Source: Thermoanaerobaculia bacterium
Lineage (GTDB): Bacteria > Acidobacteriota > Thermoanaerobaculia > Multivoradales > UBA5704
DNA length: 47,680 nucleotides
Direction: 5' to 3'
Assembly: GCA_044226625.1 (NCBI GenBank)
Contig: JBGAGQ010000053.1
Coordinates: 1 to 47,680 of the forward strand
Positions within the stretch are counted from its first letter, which is position 1; each line of letters starts with the position of its first letter. Shown here in pieces: positions 17,965-27,200 of the stretch. A model generated the notes under the pieces. The model did not search any database, had not been told where the DNA came from, and worked only from the letters and a program-made list of their open reading frames with translations. The translations under genes were made by a program, and so were the position numbers.

Positions 17965-19389
17965 ATGCCGAAGGTGAAGCTGCCGGTGACCAACGCGGCA
18001 TGGGTAACCCTGCGAACGTTGAAGCGCCTGACGCAAGAAGAGGCGGGCGAGCGGACCGGCAGGCCGTCGCAGGTGATCGAGATCGAGAACGGCCGGAGGA
18101 AGCTGCCGCGTCCCGAGCTGGACGAGATGACCGGCAAGATCGATGTGCGGCCCTCTTCCGTGCCCGTGGCGCTCGCCCTGGCGGCCGAGGAGATGCCGGG
18201 GGGCGAGCCCGACCACCCCTGGGAAGCGACGCCGGAGGATCGCCTGGAAGTCGAGCGCGCCGCGGTCGAGGCATCGGCCACCGTACGCAAGCTCCTGCTC
18301 GCCGAGGCGCGCGCGGCGCGCCACGCGGCCGACCGCGCCGAAGCGGGGCGCCTTTGGGAGCTCCTGAAACCGCACAGGCCCGAGCGTCGGCGGGTGATGG
18401 CCCGTCTCCAAGACTTCGCCACCTGGGCGATGTCCGAGCGGCTCTGTATCGAAAGCCTCCGCGAGGCGCCGCGCAACCACCGCATCGCCCGGTCCCTCGC
18501 CGAGCTGGCGGTGGAGATCGCACGGCGGCTGCCGGTCCGGAAGGGATTCAGCGACCGGGTGGAGGGGTACGCTCAGGCACACTTGGGGAACGCGCTGCGG
18601 GTCGGGAACGATTTCGAGGAGGCGGATCGCGCCTTTTCCTCGGTGGCGAAGCTCTGGCCCGACCCGCAGTCGAGCGACGCCTGCCCGCTGGACGCGACGC
18701 TCATCCCAGACTTAGAAGCATCACTTCGTCGCGCGCAGCGCCGCTTTCCGCTAGCGCTCGATCGGATAGAACAAGCGCTCGCCCTGGCTGTCGACGATCC
18801 GACCCGTGGGCGCATCCTCCTGAAGAAGGCCGACGTTCTCGAGCACTCCGGCGACCCCGAGGGCGCGGTGGCGACGCTCCGGATCGCGCGCCCCCTGGTG
18901 GACCTGAACGCGGACGCTCGATTGAGCTGCGTTGCCCGATTCAATCTGGCGGTCAACCTGCTCCATCTCGGCTTGCCCTCGGAAGCCGAGCCACTGATCG
19001 CCGAGGTAAGAACGATGGCGATCGAGCAGGGAAACGACCTCGACCTCGTACGCCTTGGCTGGCTCTCCGGCCGGCTCGCAGCGGCGAAGGGGAATCGAGC
19101 CTCTGCGATCGCGGCGATCGAGGAGGCGGCGTTCCGCTTCTCCGAACGGGACATGGCGTTCGACGTCGCGCTCGCCATTCTCGACCTTGCGGCGCTCCTG
19201 CTCGAAGCGGGAGAAGCGCGGGAAGCGGCGCGGCGGGTCGCCGAGGTGCAGCCGACCTTTCACGTGCGCAACGTACAGCGCGAAGAGCTTGCGAGCCTCC
19301 TCTTGTTCCTCCGCGCCGTCGAAGCCGAAGTGGCGACCGCCGCGTTGGCGCGCGCGGCGGCCGAAGCCTGGCGGCTGTTCGGTGTTTGA
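17965..19389 (+). CDS. XRE-type HTH plus TPR-repeat protein (RRNPP-like architecture)
   Basis: RBS aaggaga at 17954-17960. LRTLKRLTQEEAGERTG...VIEIENGRRK is an XRE HTH. TPR units follow (AHLGNALRVGNDFEEADRAF; ILLKKADVLEHSGDPEGAVATL; FNLAVNLLHLG). Confidence 0.85.
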   Translation: MPKVKLPVTNAAWVTLRTLKRLTQEEAGERTGRPSQVIEIENGRRKLPRPELDEMTGKIDVRPSSVPVALALAAEEMPGGEPDHPWEATPEDRLEVERAAVEASATVRKLLLAEARAARHAADRAEAGRLWELLKPHRPERRRVMARLQDFATWAMSERLCIESLREAPRNHRIARSLAELAVEIARRLPVRKGFSDRVEGYAQAHLGNALRVGNDFEEADRAFSSVAKLWPDPQSSDACPLDATLIPDLEASLRRAQRRFPLALDRIEQALALAVDDPTRGRILLKKADVLEHSGDPEGAVATLRIARPLVDLNADARLSCVARFNLAVNLLHLGLPSEAEPLIAEVRTMAIEQGNDLDLVRLGWLSGRLAAAKGNRASAIAAIEEAAFRFSERDMAFDVALAILDLAALLLEAGEAREAARRVAEVQPTFHVRNVQREELASLLLFLRAVEAEVATAALARAAAEAWRLFGV

Positions 19390-19415
19390 GGCTCAACCGG
19401 GGATTGCTGAATGGG

Positions 19416-19751
19416 TCATTGCTGGCAATAGCCATTGGGATCGATGCTGCTGCATCCTGCATCGCTGAAGACCTGCGCTGGCGCGCTCGCCACCCCACAG
19501 CGGCCATGTGGGTCAAGGCTGCACCCCTCTTCGCCGAAGATCGGGGCTGGCACAGCTACCGTGCCGCACGGTCCATTGGGGTCGAGGCTGCCCCCCCCAT
19601 CCGTCCAGAACGCGGACAAGAGCGACCAGCCCCGAGCAAACAAATCGGTGAAATCCCATGTCGGCGGAGAGGCACTCGCGGGGATGGCGGACAAGAGCAA
19701 GACGACGGGCAGCGCAAGGGCGAGAGCGAGCGGACGCGTCCGAGGGTTCAT
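19416..19751 (-). CDS. Secreted 111-aa peptide with three DPxG repeats
   Basis: Signal MNPRTRPLALALALPVVLLLSAIPASA. Repeats DGGGSLDPNGPC, EEGCSLDPHGRC and DAGCSSIDPNGYC. Confidence 0.8.
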   Translation of the reverse strand: MNPRTRPLALALALPVVLLLSAIPASASPPTWDFTDLFARGWSLLSAFWTDGGGSLDPNGPCGTVAVPAPIFGEEGCSLDPHGRCGVASAPAQVFSDAGCSSIDPNGYCQQ

Positions 19752-19827
19752 GGCGGCAGGCTCCTGGTCGGCCCCGAGGCCTCCGGCCGGGATGGCCGGC
19801 GGCCCGGTGCGAAAGGGTTGGGGGGTT

Positions 19828-19841
19828 CCCAAATATTTGGG
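19828..19841. promoter_or_regulatory. Perfect 14-bp palindrome CCCAAATATTTGGG, candidate operator
   Basis: AT-rich palindrome in the 109-bp divergent gap between the peptide gene and the second HTH gene. Confidence 0.55.
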
Positions 19842-19860
19842 GTTCTTTCTCGGGGGGATC

Positions 19861-20733
19861 ATGGAACGGAAACCGGTTGGGAAGCGAGACGTGCGCGACG
19901 GCCTCGGCGGCGAGGCCCGGACGGAACCCGAGGCGCCGGGCGGGCACGGCGGCGACCTATCCCCCAAAGCGGAGTTCTCCGCGCTGTCCGTGCGCTTCCT
20001 CGATGCGGTCGCCGGACCGCGCCACGACCAGTTCGCGGCGGAGGCTGGGATCAGCCCCGCCCGGGCGAGCCTCTACCGGTACGGCCGCACCGTCCCACGG
20101 CCGGCGACGATGCTCGACCTCACCCGCAAGATGCGGCTGCCCCTCGCCTGGGTCGAAGCCGTGACGGCTGATGCCCTGTCCTTCCGAGGGCGGAGCCAGG
20201 CGCCGGCCGGGAGCGAACCTCTGGACGCCGTGGCCGACAACCTCTCCCGCCGTCTGGCCGGCCGGCTCGCTCCCCGACTCGCGGCGATCCGCGGCGAGGC
20301 GGCTCCGCCCCCGCCGTTGCAGCCTTCCCTCGACCGGGCGGCCGCGGACCGCACCGAAGCCACCGAGCGCTGGGCCGAAATCGAGCTCCTCACCGAGGCC
20401 GAACGGTCAATCCTGGTGCTCGAGATCTCCTCGTTCCGAACCTGGGCGTTCGTCGAGCGGCTCTGCCGGAAGAGCGCCGAGGCGGAATCGACCGCCGAGG
20501 CGCTCGCCCTCGCGAAGCTCGCCGTCCGCCTGTCGCGCCGTGTCGCGGCGAGCCCTGGGTTTCGCGACCGTATTTCGGGATTCGCCCTGCTCCATTCCGC
20601 CCGCGCCTACGAGCGCGCGGGTGACCCGTTCCGCGCCCGCGAGGCCCGGGCGAGAGGGATGAGGCTGTTCGCAGAGGGGCGGAGGGAGGATCCGGGGTTG
20701 CTGGACGAAGGGATCGACGGTACGCCGAGTTGA
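19861..20733 (+). CDS. Second XRE-HTH protein with truncated TPR region, paralogue of 17965..19389
   Basis: HTH HDQFAAEAGISPARASLYRYGRTVP. Shared block ADRTEATERW...FRTWAFVERLC..SAEA...ALALAKLAV versus ADRAEAGRLW...FATWAMSERLC.ES..EA...ARSLAELAV. Confidence 0.78.
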   Translation: MERKPVGKRDVRDGLGGEARTEPEAPGGHGGDLSPKAEFSALSVRFLDAVAGPRHDQFAAEAGISPARASLYRYGRTVPRPATMLDLTRKMRLPLAWVEAVTADALSFRGRSQAPAGSEPLDAVADNLSRRLAGRLAPRLAAIRGEAAPPPPLQPSLDRAAADRTEATERWAEIELLTEAERSILVLEISSFRTWAFVERLCRKSAEAESTAEALALAKLAVRLSRRVAASPGFRDRISGFALLHSARAYERAGDPFRAREARARGMRLFAEGRREDPGLLDEGIDGTPS

Positions 20734-20759
20734 GGGGCGCCCTCCGGCGAACCATCCGG

Positions 20760-21395
20760 CCGGGACGGCAGCCGCCCAGCCTACCCCAGGCCTTCGCCAG
20801 CTCAATTCCGAGACCGGCCCGTCCGCAACCTGGCACGGCCACGCCACCTCTTGGCTGGGCCAGCCCACCGCTGGGCGGAGCCGGCTCGGTTCCGTCCTAG
20901 GCCAGCCCGCCTCTAACCTGAGCCAGCCCACCTCCGGGCTCGGTCAGCCCACCTCATGGCTGGGTCCGCTCGGTTCTGTGTTCGACCGGCTCACCACCGG
21001 GCTGGGCCAGCTTACTTCTGGATTCGGCCGGGCCACCTCCCGGCGGGACCAGCTCACCTCTCAGCCGGGCCAGACGACTCCTGGGCTCGGACAACCCAGA
21101 GGTAAGCCCGACCGGACCACCACCCGGCTCGGCCAGCCCACCTCTCGGCTGAGCCAGCCGGGTGCTGCGCTCGGCCAGCCCACCTCTCGGCTGCGCCAGC
21201 CCGGTCCTGCGCCCGGCCAGCCCACCTCTCGGCTGCGCCAGCCCGGATCTGCGCTCGGTCAGCCCACCTCTCGGCTGCGCCAGCCCGGTGCTGCGCTCGG
21301 CCAGCCCACCCGTCCGCTGCGCCAGCCCGGTGCTGCGCTCGGCCAGCCCACCTCCCGGCGGAGCCAGCCCAGTACGGAGCTGCGCCAGATCAGCC
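20760..21395 (+). repeat. Tandem array of about 30 degenerate 21-bp units with a 42-bp higher-order period at the right end
   Basis: Units such as ggccagcccacctctcggctg and cgccagcccggtgctgcgctc. One + frame reads heptads GQPTSRL/RQPGAAL. Confidence 0.9.
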
Positions 21396-21755
21396 CCGGC
21401 GCGGCGGTCTTTTCGTCCGGCGCGAAGCTCGCCGACGGCGAACCGAGGGCTCGGCTGGAGTCGCCTCTCGGCCCCTTCGAGAAGAGCGGCAGCAAACCGC
21501 GTCCCTCGGGTGATGCCTCTTCGGGATAACTTTTTATTTTAACCCGGATCGACCCGAGTTTCAAAAGGCCCTTTTGGGCCAAGCCTGTTTCGTACGGTTC
21601 GCGGCGTCGGAAAGCGGCACCCACCGGAGCCTCGAGCTCGCCGTTCATGACTTGCGGCTGGCGCTCAAGTCGCCCCCTGGTTCCCGTCGGTAACCGCCCG
21701 ATCTGCCCCGAACGGAATGTTCCGTCTGGGCGACCTCAAGAAGGAGGCCTCACCG

Positions 21756-22097
21756 ATGAGCCCCAACACCACGACCCCGTCTGTCTCGCCGACGTCCCCC
21801 GCCCCGGCCCCGACTCTGAAATCCGAGCGCATTCAGCTTCGGCTCCGGTCCCTGGGTTGGATCGTCTCGACCAACCGGCGCCTGATCTCGCGGCGTTTCC
21901 AGTTCGCGACGCAGAAGGAAGCGATGGCCTTCCTCAACCTCGCGCTGGCGCTGGCCGAAAGCTCCCAGGCGTCGCGCCGGCGTCCCCCGGCATTTCAGAT
22001 CCGGGGTTCGCAAGTGCGGATGTCCATCTCGTCTTGCGGCCCGGCGCTCGCGAAGGCCGAGTTGACTCTCGCACGGTCGGTCAGCCTGCTGGGCTGA
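21756..22097 (+). CDS. Pterin-4a-carbinolamine dehydratase (PCD/DCoH)-fold protein, catalytic HHP motif absent
   Basis: RBS aaggagg at 21741-21747. L..ERIQ..L..LGW...LISRRFQF....A.AF.....LAE...V...ELTLAR follows the PCD pattern, but RRRPP replaces HHP. Confidence 0.7.
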   Translation: MSPNTTTPSVSPTSPAPAPTLKSERIQLRLRSLGWIVSTNRRLISRRFQFATQKEAMAFLNLALALAESSQASRRRPPAFQIRGSQVRMSISSCGPALAKAELTLARSVSLLG

Positions 22098-22162
22098 TCG
22101 ATTCACGATCGAAAGCGAACCGCGGGCCGCATTCCGCGTCCCGAACCCATGAGGAGAAAGCC

Positions 22163-22549
22163 GTGCAAGACACTTCGTACGCGGACAAAATCAACAACTG
22201 GCAGATCACCGCCCAGAACCTCTTGGAAGTTCAGTCCTCCATCCCCGGATTCGATCCGCCGTTCAACGACTTCAAGCAGAAGGTCGACGATCTGCGGGCA
22301 ACCCACGACAAGGTCCAGATGCTGCGCGGCGCCTTGCACGAGGCGGTGGTTCTCCGCCGAGCGCTGGATCAGGAGACCCGCCGGTCGGCCCGCCGCCTGG
22401 CGGCCGTCACACGGGGACATCTCGGATTCGACAACCCGAAGCTCGTGAGCTTCAACTTCCGCTCGGAGGATTCCACGCGGCGGGGCAAGAAGGCGAAAGC
22501 TACCGTGGCATCCATGATCCCCCCCGAAGCGGGACCGGAGCAGCCGTAA
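22163..22549 (+). CDS. 128-aa helical/coiled-coil hypothetical protein with basic tail
   Basis: RBS gaggag and GTG start. MQDTSYADKINNWQ...long amphipathic helices...GFDNPKLVSFNF...RRGKKAK. Coding-like codon usage. Confidence 0.8.
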   Translation: MQDTSYADKINNWQITAQNLLEVQSSIPGFDPPFNDFKQKVDDLRATHDKVQMLRGALHEAVVLRRALDQETRRSARRLAAVTRGHLGFDNPKLVSFNFRSEDSTRRGKKAKATVASMIPPEAGPEQP

Positions 22550-22617
22550 CCGATGCTCCCGTCGCGCGCTGACGTGCCCCGGGGGGCGCTCGGTGGGTGG
22601 CTGAGAAGGCCAGAGAA

Positions 22618-22649
22618 GGGGTGAGGAGGCGCCGCCTCACCCCGACTTT
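22618..22649 (+). terminator. GC hairpin, possible terminator after the 22163..22549 gene
   Basis: ggggtgagg-N8-cctcacccc followed by a weak T tract (gacttt). Confidence 0.35.
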
Positions 22650-22823
22650 CCCGGCGAAAGTGACATCGAAACGCGAAAAATCACGCCCTTCTTGACACCT
22701 GCAACATAGGCGTGCGATGGTATCGGCAGGACGGTACTTATTATGCATAGGGACATACGACCCGAGTGAACCCGAGAAGACGGCATCCGATTCGGGCGGC
22801 ATGTGTTTCCCAGGAGGTGCGCC

Positions 22824-23297
22824 TTGGCGAAGACGTTCAAGATCACTCTGAGAGGATCGCTTCTCGACGCAGTCGAGGAGTTGGCGGCCAATGACGGAGT
22901 GACGGTCAGCATGGCGATCGTCCGCGTCGTCCTGCTCTGGAATCTGGCCGGCTCCAATCGGCCTTTACCCGCCGACCTGGAGATCCTGGACGACGGTTTG
23001 ACCCTGGCGCTGGACGAAGGGATTCGCAGCTACCTACGATCGGTGGACGCATTCGCTCGGTCGCAAAAGATCCTTTCCGAGCTTCCCGCGGTGCTTCAGG
23101 CGACGCTCCCCTTCGTGTCGCTCCTCTCCGACCTGGACGTCCTGGGCGACGCGGTATCGCACCTACCGGGTTTGATCGACGAGGTCCGCCAAGGACGGCG
23201 CATCGGAGCGAAACTCCTCCGCCAGGCCGAGGCTCACGGGCTCGTCTTTCGCTACGACCGGAGCGGCAAGACGCCAGCTCCCCAAAACGACCCCTAG
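22824..23297 (+). CDS. Protein with N-terminal ribbon-helix-helix (CopG-like) DNA-binding domain
   Basis: RBS aggaggt at 22812-22818 and TTG start. KTFKITLRGSLLDAVEELAANDGVTVSMAIVRVV fits the RHH pattern. Confidence 0.65.
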   Translation: MAKTFKITLRGSLLDAVEELAANDGVTVSMAIVRVVLLWNLAGSNRPLPADLEILDDGLTLALDEGIRSYLRSVDAFARSQKILSELPAVLQATLPFVSLLSDLDVLGDAVSHLPGLIDEVRQGRRIGAKLLRQAEAHGLVFRYDRSGKTPAPQNDP

Positions 23298-23327
23298 CTA
23301 GATGCCCTGATTGCGCGTCCCGAGAGA

Positions 23328-24020
23328 TTACGCCGCGAAAGCGGCCGGTGCCGCTTCGAAGAGCCGGCGAGGAATCTCTTCGCCGGCCTCTTCGTCCAAG
23401 CCTGCGGCATCGGGGACCGCGAGAGCCGGAGAAACCGGCCCGGCCGGCGACCGCCAAGGCGGCGTCAGGCCGAGCACACATTCCTCCAAAGCCTTTGCCG
23501 TCTCGAGCGCCAGCACGAGGCGCTGGACCCGCCACATCGCTTCGACCAAGGGCTGCAGCAGGTCTTCCTCCTCGCCCAGGGCTCGCAAGCGCTCGATCGC
23601 GGGCGCCGCAAGACGGATCGCGGTCCGCAACTGGCTACGGTTGACGCGGCGCACCGATCGCGAGACCTGCTGCATCGTGGGGTCGACCGGACTCTGCCCC
23701 GGGGCGTCCGCCGCCTCGACCTCCTCGTTGCGCTGCCGACGCACCGCCGCCTTGAGGTCCGCCACGTCGACACCGAACAGGGCCGCAACGTGGGCCTGAC
23801 TCCGGCAATGGCTTTCCAGAGCCTGCCGGTTCGCCGTGGACGGGCGGATCGCCTGGCAGCACGGCTGACGCTCCCGTGGCGAGGGCTGCCAGAGCCCTTC
23901 GACCCACTCCCCCTCCGGTTGCGTCCTGCGAGCGGCTCGGGACACGAACTCCGCGAGCGCGAGGCGCAAGCGCCCCACGGGAAGCTCGCTCTCTCTGGAC
24001 TCCTTACGCTTCGTACGCAT
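23328..24020 (-). CDS. Hypothetical protein with CC...HC...H putative metal-binding domain and helical C-terminus
   Basis: PEGEWVEGLWQPSPRERQPCCQAIRPS...LESHCRSQAHVAALFGV. RBS-like gaggaag upstream. Confidence 0.7.
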   Translation of the reverse strand: MRTKRKESRESELPVGRLRLALAEFVSRAARRTQPEGEWVEGLWQPSPRERQPCCQAIRPSTANRQALESHCRSQAHVAALFGVDVADLKAAVRRQRNEEVEAADAPGQSPVDPTMQQVSRSVRRVNRSQLRTAIRLAAPAIERLRALGEEEDLLQPLVEAMWRVQRLVLALETAKALEECVLGLTPPWRSPAGPVSPALAVPDAAGLDEEAGEEIPRRLFEAAPAAFAA

Positions 24021-24240
24021 GATCTTCCTCGAAAAGTTCTTAGGACACCCACATAAGAGAGTGCATCAAAACAGCCGAAGAGGGACTCAATTTTCCCTCA
24101 AAGCGAAACAAGTGTCTCCACTCTAGAACAAACGGGCAAAAACGTGAATTTACGCAGCACCCGAGGAAGCCGGGGCCGCGGAGCGGCTCGCAGCTCCGAA
24201 ATCTATGGCGGGATCGGCCCGGTTCTTGTACGGTCCTCGA

Positions 24241-27200
24241 ATGGCAATAGCTAAGTCATCTCAAGGCTTCCGAAGGACCCTCTCTGCGCTCTTGGGCATG
24301 AACGATCCTGGGGCCTTCGAGGAACTGGTTGCGCGCCTCTTATCCCAATTGATCGGAGCGCCCATCCGGAGAGCCCACTCCGGTTCGCAGCACGGCAAGG
24401 ACGCTCTGTCCGACGACGGCACCATCGCCATCGAATGCAAGCTCTATCGCGACAAGACCCGTCTCGACACACGAGCCCTGATTGCTGAACTGGCGGAAGC
24501 ACGAGCCAATCATGCCGACCTCCAACTCTGGGTCCTTGCCTCCACCAAGACAATCGGCGCGGACGCGAAGGAGAAGCTCACCCAAGAGGCTCAGAAGATG
24601 GCGCTTGGGGTGCTCGTCCTGGATGCCGCTGCCGCTCGGCATCGCCTCGGCGACATCCCGGCGATTTCCGCTTTGTGCTCGACCGACGTCCATTCGACCC
24701 TGGCTAACCTCGCCCGCCTCACCGCGGGCGAACGGCGAGCCGTTCGAAGCGAGCTCGAAGCGATCCAGCGCGCTCCAGGTTTCGAGTCCTGGCGGAGCTG
24801 GCTGATCGAGGAAATCCGGGACCGATTGCCCATTTGGCGATTCGCGGTCTCACGCCGGAACCGGACTCTCGCCGAGCGAATTCGGAGAGCAGCTTTCGAC
24901 TTCGGGACGGAGTACGACGCATCGAAAGCGGTGCCCCGGCGGATACGAGCGGAGCTGGAAGCGTGGTTGCAGAAAGCGATCACAGAACCCTGCGAGAACA
25001 CTCCCCTTCTCGCCGTGGTCAAGGGCGAGCGTTACGACGGCAAGACCTGGCTCACATACCAGTGGCTCCTCGAAATCGCGGCAGGATCAACGTTGCCTAT
25101 CTTCTTCGTGAGCTCGGCCCGTGGTTCTCAGTCCGATCGAGACTTGCTGCAATACATCCATGAAGATTTCGCCCCGGCCTTCGGTGGCGCTGATCCTTAC
25201 ACCGTCGGCTCCTATGTCAGGCATTTTCGAAATGCCAACTCGGGAAGCGGGCCCTGGGCCTTGGTGATCCTCGACGGCCTGAACGAATATGAGAATTTGG
25301 GCTGGCGAAGACACCTGGCTACCGCTCTGAGCTTGGGCGATCCAGAGTATCGACCGGCCGCGGTGATCGCCACCGTACGCGAGCGGTCCTGGCAAAGTTT
25401 GAAGAAACACCTGCCGAGAGAGGCCGGCTCGAATTTGGCGCCATTCATGCCTCCGGCATACTCCAGAGATTGGGGGGGCGGGACGGGCGGAGGAGATCTC
25501 TCCAACCTACCAAGCCGCGACTCGGCGAAGCGTGAGTTAAACCTTGCTGAATTTTCCCTCGGAACGTTCGACGAGGAAGAACTTCAGACGGCCCTTACGC
25601 GGCTGGGTCTGTCGCCCGACTTCCTGTCGGCGCTCTCCAGGAGCGCTCTGGAGCTCGCCCACCGGCCCCGCTATCTCGGCCTCATCGCGAAGTACTTCGA
25701 CCAATTGAACCAATACTCCGCCGTGACACCCGAGGTTCTCCACTGGCTTGACCTTGGCGACAAGGTCGGAAGAACCCGAGAAGGACTCAAAGACTGGGGA
25801 GCTCAGAAGCTCGGGGAATTCCTAAGAAACCTGGCGAGGAGATGGCGAGCCAGGAGTTTTCTCGACTTGACGAGTGTCCGAGAGGCCCTCGGGAAGCTGA
25901 CGACCTCGGTCGATGCGGTCTTGTCCGACCTTGAGTCCGAAGGTGTCCTCCTGAGCGACGGCCGACGGTTTGCAGTCGAGCCGGAGAGGTTGGCCATGGG
26001 CTACGGCCTATTCCTTAGAGATGCGCTTTTCGAGGCTGCCACGCAGAAGCGGAATCTGGACGAAGCGCTCAGCGACCTCCTCGCGCCGCTTGTCGATGTA
26101 GACGAAACCGTAGACGCCTTACGCGCCGCCGCAACGTTGGCGCTTATCGAAGGCGAGGGCTCGTTCCTACAAGGCGACGCCCCTAAAGAACCCACTGAAG
26201 TGCTTGATACCCTGCTCGTCCGATGGATCAATTCTCGCAATCTTCGGACGAAGGACCTGGAAGCCATCTATCAATTGCGGCGCCTCCTGTGGCGACCGCT
26301 TCTTCGCCTAAACCCGGAGCTTTGGCGAGAATCAGAACGAGATTGCCGCGGGAGAGAGCTCGCTCTCATGGTCTTCGGCGAGCTCGTTGAAGCGGATGGC
26401 GAGGCCAAAGCGAGCCTGCGCAGATCCGTTCGCGACTGGTTCCGCCAGATTCCAGCCAAGGGTGGCTGGTGGAGCAGAGCGAAAGCTCGCACAGAGCTTG
26501 GCCATGTTGACGATTCCGTAGCGGCGGATGCGGTTCACGCTCGCTTAAGTCACAAGATCAGCGAACCGGAAGCTCAGTCACTGGGCATTTCGATTTCCGA
26601 GAATCTTGACGTCTTGAGCCTTCAATCCTTGGGCCTCTATCTGGCTGGCAGAGCCCCCGGCCTCATCGATCCCGACGACCTTCTTTCCTTTGTGGCCAGC
26701 CGCTTCATTTTGGAAGAACCGATCGACTCGGGAGACTGCTGGGTGATCCGCCGTGTTCTGGAAAGGACCCCTACCTCATGGTTCCAAGATGCCACCATGA
26801 AAGAGGTCGGTCCGACAAACTTGTATGCGAGATCTCTTTTGCAGCTCGTCGAGATCTCAGAGCGTGCCGACCTCGAAGCTTTAAAGCCACGACTACGCTC
26901 CTTGGTGCCGCACGAAAGGCGGCGGCGTTTCTCGACTTGGCCGACTCGTAAGAATGTGCATTCTTTACTCCAGGGGCACATCGAAGACGGGGCTGATGTG
27001 CGTCCCTTCGCGGAGTCAGTCCGGGGAATTGTTATCGACCCAGAACTCCCGAAGCCACCGAATCGCTTAGGGCAAGCGATCGCACGGCGTGTCGCGAACG
27101 CTTGCACGAAGCGAAGACTTGCATATCGGCTTGATCTTCATGATCTGGAACAACTTCTCCCGGCCTTAGCAGCTTGGGCACCAAGAGTCGGCCGAGAGAT

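Noticed and set aside
20760-21395. CRISPR array
   Set aside because: Units are contiguous and degenerate, with no constant repeat/unique spacer alternation and no cas genes. The same applies to 41642-41935.
22692-22725. Sigma70 promoter from the perfect TTGACA at 22692
   Set aside because: There is no credible -10 hexamer at 16-18 bp spacing.
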